Made by a program: the position numbers and the translations under genes. From Octopus sinensis (Eukaryota): a DNA stretch of 64,000 bases. Position 1 is the stretch's first letter. Every line of letters begins with the position of its first letter. The notes beneath the pieces were generated by a model that saw nothing but the letters and a program-made list of their open reading frames with translations, had not been told where the DNA came from and searched no databases. Below, piece by piece: positions 28,231 to 41,311 of the stretch. The stretch spans positions 103,168,001 to 103,232,000 of the forward strand of contig NC_043003.1 in NCBI RefSeq assembly GCF_006345805.1, read 5' to 3'.

Positions 28231-30849
28231 GGTGAACAATGGGAAGCGTTTCTTGGCCGAAAGACCAAAAATCCTGAAAAACTCACTTGACCGAGAGATG
28301 TTTAGCCAGTGTCCTCATCAGAGGAAATTCATGTTAGAAACATGGAATTTTTGCCAACTAGGGAAATGCTGCTATTATCAGTCATCTTTGGGCTAACAGA
28401 AACTGATCTAAGGGAGATAACTCTGTCCCACCCAAGGTTTTGCCAGTAGAGTTTTGTTCCAGAATTTTATGTTTACAAAATTGACTGACCATAACATTTT
28501 CCTCCCTGCAGTTGTGTGCATTCCGACTATTTGAGCCTGACGAGTCACCTATGCATCTAAGCGCTTTATAGGTGCAAAACCAATGTACACTCTCTGACTA
28601 GCCATAACAGACAACCTTCTAACGCTCCAATTTTTTCTAGAGTGTGCCTCTTTTCGGATATATGAACTACTGACCAATATATATATATGTGGTATTTTAC
28701 AGACAAGAAAGTAAATTTCGAACATAGTATGGCTGTGAAAACAGCAGAACGATAGGTTAAATACTCTTAGAAGTCGGAAAAAAGTTTCTAGAAAGACCCT
28801 AGGGGAGTCGAAACGGTCTGCTGTCAACAATTACTGTCAATTTCAAAGCTAACTAATAGCTCTCGAATGCAGCCATACCTTCTGATTAAATCATGTAAAA
28901 GTCATATAGATAGAGAGAGACAGACAGAGAGACAGATACGTGCGCGCGCGCACATACACACACATATATGCGATTGTACATATTGAGAATTTTAAAGTAT
29001 CGAACTATTCGATATCAGTTTTGATATTTTACTGATATTGGCATTCATACAGGTATCTATAAATTTTACAAATATTTTGAAATCTCTAATTGATAGAAAA
29101 GATGCGTCAGAAAGTTTTTTTATATATATTTAATTACTGTTTACAAAGTCAGAAACAAATAAAATACAGTAATTAATTGGCATTCATAGAAACATCTTCA
29201 TGGCAAATTAAACTGTTTTCTTTTCTAATTCAGCTGAAAGATCTCTTAACTGGGAATTACATCTTTCTAAACCACACAGAAAAATAACCTTTTAAGTGAA
29301 AATAAACAGTTCTTTGTTTTTAATTTAGCAAAATTAAATGAAAGTTCTTAATGAAGGACGCATAAAAATTTATTTTGACTTTTCTTTTATTTTTTCAAAA
29401 TAAACTCCAGAATATTGAGGCATTTTCATGAATTCTCTGAAAAGCTTGATTTCGATTTTGTAAGCTATAATCAAAAAGTCCCCTCGTTCTCCACTTATAG
29501 TTGTTATAGAAAGTATGGCATTATAGTCCATTGAACTTTTTAACTCTAAATTCCTGTTTATATTTAAGTTGTAGAGCGGACTTTTGCCACTGTTGTAAGT
29601 CCTTTGACGACGGTTGTCGCTCTGACAGATAGTGTTATATTCCGAAGTCGTTGAAAGAATGGTTATATCTGGCACTGTTGTTATCCTCAAAAGGTTGGAT
29701 CGATATAACGTCCACTCTCACAGTATGATTAGTATATCAGCAGAGACACGACTATCAACATAGACTACACGTACGCTCGAGCTTCCCAACCCTCCCCTGT
29801 CCACCGGCTAATGGTCTATTTATAATGGCTGGCTACTACCACTTTTTACTGGGAGGGGTGTACAGTTTCACTATGCAACAATTTAACTCTTAAATTTCGG
29901 TAGTGCTTTCTCTGCATAAGTTACTCAACCTGTTAGAAATTAGAGGGTTTGATGAAGTGCAGTTGGTTCGGGATAACAATCTTAAAAAATAAAGTATGGC
30001 ATGAATTCGATTGAAACTTTCTGATACGATATAACGACCGTTGATGTATATTGTGAAAACAGTTTATATATTTTGAAGTTCATTTCTAACTCTTACCCTA
30101 TCACTTTTACTTGCCAATGTAAGTTGAATACTGTTTAATTGGTTACAAGTAAGAGATTTTGCGTATATTTACAAAATATTGATTACTGGACATTGATTTC
30201 TAAATAGCTTATTCATAAGTATATCATAAATATATCTTTAATAAAAAATATCATCAAAAACTAACTATTAACTGCTATTAACCTCGAAAATCGAAGGAAG
30301 TAAGACACAGAAATTTACTTACTATAACGCAAAAGTATAAACACATATCGCAAACAGGAAGTGTCTTAACAGGACGTTCTTTCCAAAATGAGGCTGAACA
30401 TCAGTTATCGCCCAGATGAGTGGCTAATTCCAGTTTTTTACCTTCAAACAACACTTTTGAAGCGTGGCTTCATGCAGTGCTACATTTCGTGACAGTTGCG
30501 AATATCAGCGTTCTAGAACGTTATGTTAAGATCTCTTGAATACTTTGTTGGGATCGAAAGGCGAAGGTTAATTTTCGGGGAAGAGAGTCACTAGTATCTA
30601 CACTGCTTTCAAATGTCCTGCAAGCAGTAGATCACCATTTTGAACTTCTAATTTGTCGAATTTTTATGGTAACCAAGAACAAGTGTTTCTTCATTAACAC
30701 TTTAAATTTCATACATAATTAATTCTTCATTTTCAGTAAAGTTTTTGAAATATCTTCTCTGCATTTTTTGTTTCCTTTTTTGGGGTATTTTTAAAACGAA
30801 ATGGAAACAAACCAGCATCAAGATACTTTTTAACATAATTTTTATGTCA

Positions 30850-31560
30850 TGGAGGATATTTAAATAACTCTACATCTTCAATTGTTCAAGCTTCCTTTAG
30901 TAACCTTACTAAAAGGATATTCTTGTCAAAAAGATTGTTTGTAATATACTTCAAACAGATTTCAAGGCTCATAAGAGTGGATTCTCTTGAAAAAAGGCCT
31001 TTAAGAGCTATCCAAATGAAATGAATCACAAAGCTATGACCTCTAAAATTTTCCGAATGTTATATACTAATAGTCGTTCATAGAATTACACTTAATGCCT
31101 TGGGGCTGCATTGTTTCAATTCAAAATAATCTTCCGATCATACATAAGAGGCTGTTTCAGCGTGTTCTGCAGTCCTGCATAAGTTTCATTTCCTTATCAT
31201 TAAATCAGTCTTCAACAAAATCTTGGAGTTTCTCATTTTGTTTCAAAAGTGACTTCCGAAAAGTATTCCTAACTTTGCTTTTTACAGCAGAGAAAACATC
31301 TTGAAGATTTGGAATAATAAGCTGTTCTACAAGTCTTAGTTGTAAGATATTTGGGGAAAAACAGTAAAAAATATATTTTAATTCTTCATCTCTGTCTTTA
31401 TGTTGAGCTTCACCTGAAACTTCATTTGATGCAGCTGCAACAACTTCACTTGACAGAGCGGAGTGAACGATGTGATCGCAGAGTGCCGAAAGTACAAGAT
31501 CCGGTGAGAAGGTTATGTCACAAGGTTCACAAACAACAGGTGGACGCTGCAGTTGCTGAG
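30850..31560 (-). mobile_element. hAT transposase remnant
   Basis: ORF 31205-31621 continues in frame past its stop: SKVRNTFRKSLLKQNEKLQDFVED*FNDKEMKLMQDCRTR*NSLLCMIGR, the hAT 'L..D..TRWNS...M' motif with W->stop. Downstream SRESTLMSLE.. also fits. Confidence 0.8.
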
Positions 31561-31983
31561 TGGTATCCAAGAGATAAAAAAAAAACTGCCCCTTGGAAAG
31601 CCTCCACGACAATGTAGACACAATTTGGTCAAGAAATTCGAGTCAAATTGGAAAAGAATGCCGCAATCAAGACAAAATTGAAAGCGTATTGTGAGAAGCG
31701 GTGTATAACAGCATCTGATGGCCTGTTCGGTACCACGGTGATGCTGTGATATATACATATATACATATATATATGTAAATGTAAAAAAATACAAACTGGG
31801 ACAAGAACGTGAAACATTTAGAAGACGATACAAAAAACATGGACGGGACATTCGAAGCCTTCAATCATCAGTCAAGAACGGGATCATCTTAGCAATTTCG
31901 GCTGGATACATACATATTAATAAAATATGTATATATTTTTGTTTTGAGTTATGCTTTTCCTGTTTGCATAACCAAGCTTATAT

Positions 31984-32114
<131 letters not shown>

Positions 32115-32215
32115 AAAATTGAGGGAGATAAATTAATATTAATTTTAATATCAATTTAAAACCAGTAGTCCAGCATTCAAAAAATCTGAGGAGTCAGAGA
32201 AAATTCAAATATATG

Positions 32216-32370
32216 TGTATATTGGCAGGGCTGGCCTGCTAGGTAGCCAGCCAGAATGCTAGAAAAAGATCATCAACGATCAAACTACAAGGGAAATTTC
32301 CCTTGTAGTTTGATCGTTGATGATCTTTTTCTAGCATTCTGGCCGGCTACCTAGCAGGCCAGCCCTGCCA

Positions 32371-32377
<7 letters not shown>
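32216..32377. repeat. Zero-spacer 162-bp palindrome
   Basis: Centre gggaaa|tttccc at 32296/32297. Arms of 81 bp with one mismatch. Confidence 0.9.
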
Positions 32378-32403
<26 letters not shown>

Positions 32404-32659
32404 CAAAATATATACATATTGGTGTTCCGTATTTGTTGTCTGTGAACTCGTGAGCGTTCTGATAATGCATTCCCTGTCCCACCCATATATATTTCGTCGC
32501 AATTCGCAATGCCTTTGTTAATAGTTTCTTTAGGCTACTTCACTTTGTTTTATGATTGGCAAATTTGTTTGGATGATGTTAAAAATATTTTGGTGATACA
32601 GATTGTGTGTTACTAGAAATGGTTTTGAGCTCCTTTGAGGGGTTTGTCTAATCAAACAC

Positions 32660-33130
32660 TCAGCAAAAGGCAACCACATAATCTAAAGAAACTATTAACA
32701 AAGGCAAAATTCAACACGAACAAACGGGATAACGCATTCACAGTATCAAAATGTAATGATAACAAATGTTGAATGTGTCAATACATGCATATGGGTAGAT
32801 CCATAAGAACAAAAAATTGACATATTTTCACAAATGCAGATATGAACTGCAAAAGCAGTAATTTGATCTACTGCATTAAATGCCCGAATTGCGGGGAATT
32901 ATATATAGGCGAGACAGAAAATATATTATCGGAACGGTTACGAGTCTACAGACAACAAATCTGGAACATCAATGTTCGCCAAATTCCATTGAGCGAACAT
33001 ATAAAGGCATGTGGTCAGAAAATGTTTTTAATTTTTTCTTTTCTACAAACTACAAGACACAAGTGAAGATGAAAGAAAAATGGTTTAATTAAAATATTCA
33101 AAGCTGTTCTGAGCGGAAATAACAGCAATA
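32660..33130 (+). mobile_element. Penelope-like element GIY-YIG endonuclease fragment (second family)
   Basis: SKRQPHNLKKLLTKAKF..SKCNDNKC*MC..NCKSSNLIYCIKCPNCGELYIGETENILSERLRVYRQQI..LSEHIKAC: Cys-rich linker plus IYC..CPNC..YIGET motif. Confidence 0.85.
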
Positions 33131-34129
33131 ATATAACAACCGGTTAAAGATGTGGATTAATAAATATAAACAAACTACAGATATCGGTACGCCTGTCAAA
33201 CCATGATGTTTAAGAGCATGCGAATTGATCAAAAAGGTATTCTAAAAATTCAGCTGGCTGGACCGTTCTAAGAGGTGCTAAAGTTGTGAAGAACTCAACT
33301 TTCAGTTAAGCACATTGGAAATCTTATGAGTACACTATGTAAGAAAGCACTAATTTAAAATACCATAAAAAAAGACGTGACAATCATACTATGTTTTAAT
33401 TTTATTCGACTAATATATATGTATATATATAACAAAAGGATGTGTTATAATACTATTTCTCATATACAAACACAGCCATACCAACAATCTGACATACCTC
33501 CATCTTCAGCTGCCCTACGGATATCATTATGGTTTCGACACCTGAGCAGTACCATTCAATCCGGCGGTGTCAACAGCACTAAAATGTGTTGTTTGGGAAC
33601 AAACATACCAAAGAAACCACAACTTTCAAACACAAATACCCTATGTACAACAGTATCGGTAAATAAATTCAGTAAGTAATTTATAACCAACTCCTAAATA
33701 CGTAACTAAACAGCAACCAAAACTTTAAGTCATACAAAAAATATTCTTTACAGTCTTCCATAGTATAATAAAAGTGAAAGCTTAATAACCACATTCATTC
33801 AATCTAAATAAAGGTAGGATTAAACACTAACTTTAAAATTAAACTACAACAAAGAAACATAAATTTATGCACATCTGTATCGGTATTAATAGTAAACCTA
33901 CAATAACTAAATTATATAATAATAGCGACCAGTTTTTAAGTCCATACAAATACTAATCCCACCAGTCTTCCATAGTTACTACTATAATAAAAGAGTGAAA
34001 GCTTTATATTCAATTCTCACCAAAACAAAACACGATTGAATTTGATTTAACGAATAATATAATAATTATGAGTGAAATACATTATTTCATAATTTAAAAA
34101 TTTGCCCATTGCACCCTGTATATATACAT

Positions 34130-34212
<83 letters not shown>

Positions 34213-34274
34213 CATAAATACATACATACATACATTCATGCATACATTCATGCATACATACATACATACATACA

Positions 34275-34306
<32 letters not shown>

Positions 34307-34809
34307 AGTATCATATATATATGCGTGTGTTTGTGTGTGTGTGCGTGCATACATAAACTTACTTGGAAATGGATGCGTGGCGTTCAATTAAATATTAATA
34401 TAAATAATATATATGCATATATGGGTACAGGACGTTACCAACTCTGTAAACAACATGAACTATGAAAACAAACAAGTTAAATTCGCAAACAACGAGAGAA
34501 AAAATGGAAAACGGGATAAGTAATACAAAGAACGACCCTTCATCAGTTGTCGGCTGTCTATCAACTCCTCATTTCGAGTATTCAACGACAATATGATCTT
34601 CGAAGACAGTTTCTCCCATAAATACCAAAATAAAATTTTGGATTTATGGAGGGTCAAAGTTGGGAACAAAAACAGGACAGTGGAGACATACAAGGAAACC
34701 AAACAAAAACAAACATGGAGGGTCGTTAGATCAGAACGAGAGGAAAATATTGACAGACATATGCATACATTCATATATATGTATGTATGTATGTGTGTGT
34801 GTGTGTGTA

Positions 34810-34843
<34 letters not shown>

Positions 34844-34847
<4 letters not shown>

Positions 34848-37800
34848 AAACAAGTAAAAAATAGAAAATGCTAAAATAATTTTATAGTGAACATTTCAGT
34901 ACCGGTTTCGGTCATTTTGAGACTTTTCAACTGTAACGATTAAATAATTAAATTTAGAAAAATTAGAAGAAAAGTTTTCTTAAAAGAATATTTCTATAGT
35001 AGTGTTCAGATTTAAGTGGCATTCTGCCTTTCTCTGCTCCCTTGTTTGCACTTGTGTGTTCGAGGTAGTTGTGAGTTCTTGGTAGGGTAGTAGAGGGAAG
35101 GCTGGTGAGGAAAGGGGGGTGGGAGAATCTGGGAGTGCCCTGATGGTCGTATTTTGAATGGTTCAGTGGCGGCTGGCAGTCTCAGTTCAATTCAGGAGAA
35201 TATTTATATTGACAGGCTTGTTTATAGAATTAGCGTAGGTGTTATACTAAAAAACATTAGTGACAAACTTAAGGGTAGGGGGTAGAGGGGGAAGGAGAAG
35301 AAGAAGAAGAAGAAGAAGAAGAGAAGAAGAGAAGGAGAAGGGGAAGGAGAAGATGATGGTGATGGTGGTGATGATTATGACGACGATGATGATGATAACG
35401 ATGATGATGAAGAAGAAGGAGGAGAAGGAGAAGATGGTGGTGATGATGGTGGCGATGATGATGACGCCGATGATGATGATAACGATGATGAATGAAGAAG
35501 AAGAAGAAGAAAAAAACAGAGAAGGGAGAATATGAATGGGTGTAAATATAGCTATGAGGGGCTGATTAGTAATGGATTCTATGGAGTGTAGTATTGTGTG
35601 TGTGTATATATATTTTTTTCTTTTATTCTAAAGTTGAGGTATATTAATTGTTTGTCGTAGACCCGTTAAGAAGTGGCTTGTATTTTGTAATAAAGAGATT
35701 TTCTTTACTTATTCTTTGTCTCGAGGTTGTATCGTCCCTAAATTGGTAGAGAGGGGAAATTCTGAAGTTTGGTGTTTTTTGTTGGCGCAAGTATCTATGT
35801 GTTGGCTAAAAGCTATTTTTCTGTTTTGGGGAATTTTTATCTGGGATCTGTGCAGGGCCATTCGTTTACGCAAACCATTTTTTGTTTGGCCTATGTACTG
35901 CTCTTGACACCGGAGCAGGTTAGTGAGTATATTAGGTTCTCCGAAGCACATGTGAAATTGGTTGCTTTTCACTGTAAACCGTTGTCCCTGTTTGAAGGAG
36001 AACTCAGAACCCTCGATTAGATAGTCGCATATCCCGCAATTGGGTCTTCCACATTTTTTTACTGTCGGCTTCTGTGTTGAAGAGTGAATTCGGGCTTGTG
36101 TAAGGAACTTTTCATGGATCTAGGCTGTCTTTTGCTTTTTATGATCGTGTGTGTTTGGAGGATTGTGTTCATTCTGTGGTCTTTTTTTAGGAGGGGTATG
36201 TTGTGGAGGATGGTGTCGAAGGCTTCGTTATGAGAGGGTTGTGTGTGGAGATGTATGGTAAGGCTTTTGGTTGTAAGTTTTTCTTTGATTTGGGATGTCT
36301 CAGTTCCTTGATGTTAAGTTGAAGGGCACGTTGAATGCACTTGTCAATAAGTGAAGGTGGATAGTTCCTGGTGATTAGGGTATCTTTTAGTTCTTGTAGT
36401 CGTGTGTCTCTGGTGTTTGCGTTAGAGACTATAGTGCATATCCTTTTGCTAGATTGAAGGGGATATTCATCCTGGTGTGTCTGGGGTGGCATGAATTGAA
36501 TGGAAGATATTGCTTAGAGTCTGTAGGCTTATAGTATATGTCTGTTTCTATTATATTATTAGCTTTCTTAATGAGGATATCGAGAAGGGGAGTTGTTGTT
36601 GGCTATATTCCATCGTGAATTGGATGTTTACGTCCAGTCCGTTTAAAATTTTCTGGAATTCTATGAATTTTTCTATATTTTTATGCCAAAGGATGAAACA
36701 GTCATCTAGATATCTCTTCCAGTTGTTTTCTATGTAGATGGAGAAAGGGCTGCCATATCTTTCTAGAACCTTACGATACAGACTGATCTCTAGGTATCCT
36801 ATGACTAGGTTGGCAAAGGAGGGGGCCATTCGTGTACCCATCGCAGTCCCCGATTTTTGTCGGTAGAAGTTGTCATTGAAGGCGAAGAAGTTATTTTCCA
36901 GGATGAATTTAACCCCTTCTATCACAAATTCTTTTGATGCGGTGTGGTGTGTGGTAGTTCGTTGGCGTGATTCTCTAGCCAGAATTGGATTGCCTCTAGT
37001 CCTAGGTTGTGGGGGATATTGGAGTAGAGGTTGACTACATCGAAGGATACCAGTATGGTGTTTTTGTTTATAGTATTCGGTAGGTGATTAAGCATATCTA
37101 AGTCGTCCCTTATATAGCTTTTGACATGTTTGAGGAGTGGTTTTAACAGGGTGTCTAAAAAGTTACTGAGGCGGTGGGTTTCGCATGCGGGACCTGCTAT
37201 TATGGGTCTCAATTTGAGGTCATTAGGATTAGGGACTTTAATTATTTTGTCTGTAGCTATCTTGCATGCGTTGCTTATTTTTTCACTTTTGTGGATCTTA
37301 GGTATACCGTAGAATTGGCTAGTTTTACTTGTGAAATTGGTCATATAATCATATTCTTTGTCGGTGAGCCCTGCTTTGTAGGGTTTAATATGGATTTTAG
37401 TTCCCTCATTTTTTTGTTGACTGTAGTTTGTTTTGTGCCTTTTCATAGTATGTTGTGTCTTCCAGCATAGAAAGTACCCAAGTTATGTAAAATGTCGTAT
37501 CCATTAAGACAACAGCACTCCCTTATCGGCCTCTTTGATTGTTATTGTTTTATCTAGTTTTAATTTGTTCAACTCAGCCCATTCTTTTTTGCTGAGTTTG
37601 GTTTGTGTTTTTGTTTGTGCATATGTTGATATGGGTAATTTGATATGTGGTCACAGAAATCATCAAGTGTTTTATTCTTACCTTTCGAGGGGGTGTAGTT
37701 ACTCCTATTTCTGGCTAACGATTCGTCCTCGTTGTATTTATCGTATAGCTCCTCAGTAAGTCTTAATTTTCTGCAGAATTCTGCGATGTCTTCTTTCATT

Positions 37801-38724
37801 TCATTGTAGTTGGGGTGTTTGGTGTTGTGGGTGGGTGTAAACTTGAGTCCTTTGGAAAGTATGTTATTTGGTTTGCTGTTAGTTCCTTGTGAGTTAGATT
37901 AATAATTTTTATTACTTTTGGTTCTTCCTGCTTGTTGGTGCTATCTTGTGTCTCTGTGTTTGCGTATTGGGTCTAAAAAATGAATGCGGTGGTTGGGACG
38001 GTAGCTAGTATATAGTTGTTCTTTGTTGATTAGGGGTCTCCTGTTGTGATTTATGGTGTGTGTGTTCTTGGAGCAGTATGAGGAGAGCATCCCGATATCC
38101 CATATTCGGGTGTGGTGTTCTAGGAGGCTTCGTTGGTAATCATTGCAAGTGGTGTGGGTTTGTTGTGCATGGTTGTTTAACCGGTTAATGGGACGAAGAT
38201 TTCGTTGGTAACTCCTTTGGGTGGGGATGAGGTTGCAGTGTCTATTGCGTGTGGGTGTTGATTTATCCTTTCTCTGCTTGAAGTGGGGTATTCCTGATAT
38301 TGTATCGCTGGCTGCTTACAGAGTTAGGGTTAGGTCCTGTATTCTTTTTTTGATAGTAGTGAAGGTTCCGATTTTTAGACAGGTGTGTATCGGTGTTTGG
38401 GTGTTGTTTTGGTTTTCTTATTTTCTGGAAAGGGTTGTTGGAGGCGGCTCTGTTTGAAAGACGGCTTCATAGTCTGAGAACCAAGTGGCGCTTTTCTCCC
38501 AGCGTTGGAGAGATTTTAGTTCTTCTTTTTCACAGTCCTCTTTCCATAGTTTGGAGAACTTCTCTTGATCTGGGCCTTGGGTCATTTTGCGAATTTCTTC
38601 GTTGATATCTTCATCGGTGGATTTTATTTTATCCTCATTCGTTTGGGCCCTCAATTTCAGAAGTTCTATTTCCATTTTCATTTTTTCCAGTGCCATTCTC
38701 TCCCTGAGGTGTCTTTGTGTTTCA

Positions 38725-38727
<3 letters not shown>
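34844..38727 (-). mobile_element. Near-complete Penelope-like retroelement (Neptune type), frameshifted, 5'-truncated
   Basis: RT: FYGIPKIHK, LRPIIAG, LVSFDVVNLYSNIPH, YRQKSGTAMGTRMAPSFANL, WKRYLDDCF. Thumb: TRDTRLQELK..RNYP. Linker KKCGRPNCGIC. GIY-YIG: QYIGQTKNGLRKRMALHRSQI. Both ends abut (TA)n. Confidence 0.92.
34893..34934 (-). ncRNA. Hammerhead variant with U3/A8 core at PLE 3' end
   Basis: CAG-UUGAAAA-GUC-ucaaaau-GAC-C-GAAA-CCGGU-A-CUG. Palindromic stem III ACCGGU and 3-bp stem I. The homologous copy at ~22511-22550 also has UUGAAAA and GAAACCGGUA. Confidence 0.5.
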
Positions 38728-38769
<42 letters not shown>

Positions 38770-38803
38770 ATATATATAAGAACCACATTATTTATGTGAT
38801 GAC

Positions 38804-38845
<42 letters not shown>

Positions 38846-38995
38846 TTATATATATATATACAGTGTACATTTAAACACATAAGAGGTATCCGTCATAGGA
38901 TTCCTTTCACGCCAGAAGGAACAGCTAAAGTCCAAACCACTATTATGGATAAAAACTTGAAGGGAATGAAAAATAAAAACATTCACCATCTATCT

Positions 38996-39065
38996 CTTGG
39001 ACCATGGTTTCTGACTATTTTTTAGCAAATAAAATAATTTACTAGGCGACGTCTTCATCAACAAG
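38996..39065 (-). ncRNA. Type I hammerhead motif (C3U), in a 460-nt-period unit
   Basis: CUUG-UUGAUGA-A-GAC...GUC-A-GAAA-CCAUGGU-C-CAAG: 4-bp stem I, palindromic stem III, GUC site. Lies between direct repeats 38858-38906 and 39318-39366. Confidence 0.55.
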
Positions 39066-39526
39066 TACGCCTAGATTAAACATATAAGTACGAGATAAAT
39101 GTAGCATGTGTCTTTTGCTTATACATTATAATTTTACAAACCCACTGCGCAAGTGCAGTTTTTTGTCGGCAGCGAAAAAATACCGACATTTCTTCGAACA
39201 ATTTTCCAGAATAAATTATCAATAATTAATAATATCAGGGTAATAATGATTTTAGAAATTTTTACTGGTCTAGCGGGCAGAAAAAATTAGTAAATAGTCT
39301 ATATATTATTCATTTAAATACAGTGTACATTTAAACACCTAAGAGGTATCCGTCATAGGGTTCCTTCATACAATAGAGCACTCAATGTAAATTCAGGATA
39401 TAATATTCTCATTGATTATATTTAACTAAAGTTTTATATATACATGTGTGTGTGTGTGTGTGTGCGTGGTGGTGTGTTGTGTGTGTGTGTGCGTGTGTAT
39501 ATGTATTATATATTATATGTGTGTGT

Positions 39527-39564
<38 letters not shown>

Positions 39565-41240
39565 ACACACATATATATATATATATATACTAAAGAAATA
39601 ACTAAATAGATTGCATGGGTATAGACATTATTGATGCTAGGATGAAATCTCTCTCCCCAACTTTACCATAACTGTTACACCGTTATTTCTACCCCAACCT
39701 CAGCCGCCAGTAGCAGTTTATGGAGTTCGAGGTCGAAATCTTTTACAATTTCCAATTGTTTTGGAATTGTCAAGAAAATTTCAATCAGTCTCAAAGACCA
39801 AAAGTTATCTCTTATACGCGTTAGCTTTATTTAAATTAACTAATTTAGATAGCCAAAGTACTCTAAACTAAATTAATTTTATCTAAAACTTTTTAGATGT
39901 ATGTATATTCATCCAGCATTGTACAAAATCGGATTTCTATGCTAATCCGGTTTTTAAATGATTTATCAAATTCAGTTTTCTCTTTTCCATTGAAGTTTTT
40001 TTTATCATTTTGCTAACAGAATGTCCTGTTGTTGGAAGGAACTTATTATATTTGGTTTCAGCCATGATTCCTCAGGCAATGGAATTAAATCTAAAATCAT
40101 CAAGAGCAACAAGTTATTTTTTCTTGCTTTTTGTCTTTTTTGTGTTCTTTTGTGTTGTTTTCGTTCTTCATTTTTTTCAGTTTTTATTTCAGTAGATTTT
40201 GAAATAAGAAAATGAACTCAGGGATTTTGTGTCTTTTTGCTTCTCATTCTTAAAGATTAATTCTTATCTTCATTCATAAAATCACTGATTTTTTTATTAT
40301 TTTTGATGTTATTAAGTCAGCTAACTGTTCAGGAGTTGAATCACCATAACATTTTAGTCTTTTTTATACTTTTATCAATCTTAAAGCTTAATCTTTAGTC
40401 TTATATTTTATGAACTGCTGTTAACTACACTAATAGTCACCTACAAATGATTTGGATTCTTTCATTTTCACTTTCACAAATTTTATCATTTTTCACAGAC
40501 TCATTAGAGCATCGGAAAAAATATAAATGCTTTGCAGTATCTCTTCCTGCTGTTTACGTTCTGAGTTCAAATTCTGAGTCGAAATTAACTTTGCCTTTCC
40601 TCCTTTCGAGGTTCGGTAATATAGGGCACCAGCCAAGCACTATATTCGATTTAACAAACTACACATCCTCATCATTCCAAATTTCCGACCTTGTGTCTGA
40701 AATATATAGGCAAATATTTTAGGCAAATATATATATTTATATATATATTTTAATTTACCAGCAAAAAAGAAAATTACGACAGAACATCAAAGCACTACAA
40801 GACTTTAATCTTTTTCCCATACTTAATATTTAGTCTCATATTTTAACAGTTGAATCACCACAACACTTTAATAATTTCTTTAATCTTTAATCACCCACTT
40901 TCGTCTTTAGTCTCTTCTGTTCTTCTAAAGTAATTCCAAGCATTTGACATGTTTGACATAATATGAAAAGGAGGATATGTTTACTTCATACAATTAATTT
41001 ATTAATGTTTTATAAAATAAAAAATATTAAAAAATTATTATTCAAATTTAATGCTTTATCTAATACTGCATTGGTGGAGAAAGCAGGTAATATTATAAAG
41101 CTATATCAATATTAATATTAAAAATATTAACAAAATGCAATCCACTTTTTATTATGCTTAGTTTGGAATATATTACATTAAAATTGGTTTGTAATTATAA
41201 AAAATATGTTAATTAAAAGTTAACGTTATGCATGACTCAC

Positions 41241-41311
41241 CGAATTAGTCCAACAGCCTTAGGACACATTGGAGAATTAAACGTGTCGTGGGCTGGAAAC
41301 GTCTTCTGGAA
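41241..41311 (-). CDS. Candidate 71-nt internal exon of an unidentified minus-strand gene
   Basis: Acceptor ...ctcaccattacAG| and donor TTCG|GTGAGTCATG. Open phase 0->2 frame FQKTFPAHDTFNSPMCPKAVGLI(R). GC-richer than its very AT-rich flanks and not recognised as a repeat. Confidence 0.45.

Noticed and set aside
31205-31621. 138-aa ORF as a host-gene exon (a good acceptor-like tract precedes it)
   Set aside because: In-frame continuation gives the hAT DCRTR(W)NS motif with nonsense mutations, so it is a transposase remnant.
38858-39366. 5' pLTR of the adjacent Neptune-type element
   Set aside because: It shares no visible sequence with that element's 3' end (34844-35700), and its hammerhead core and stems differ.
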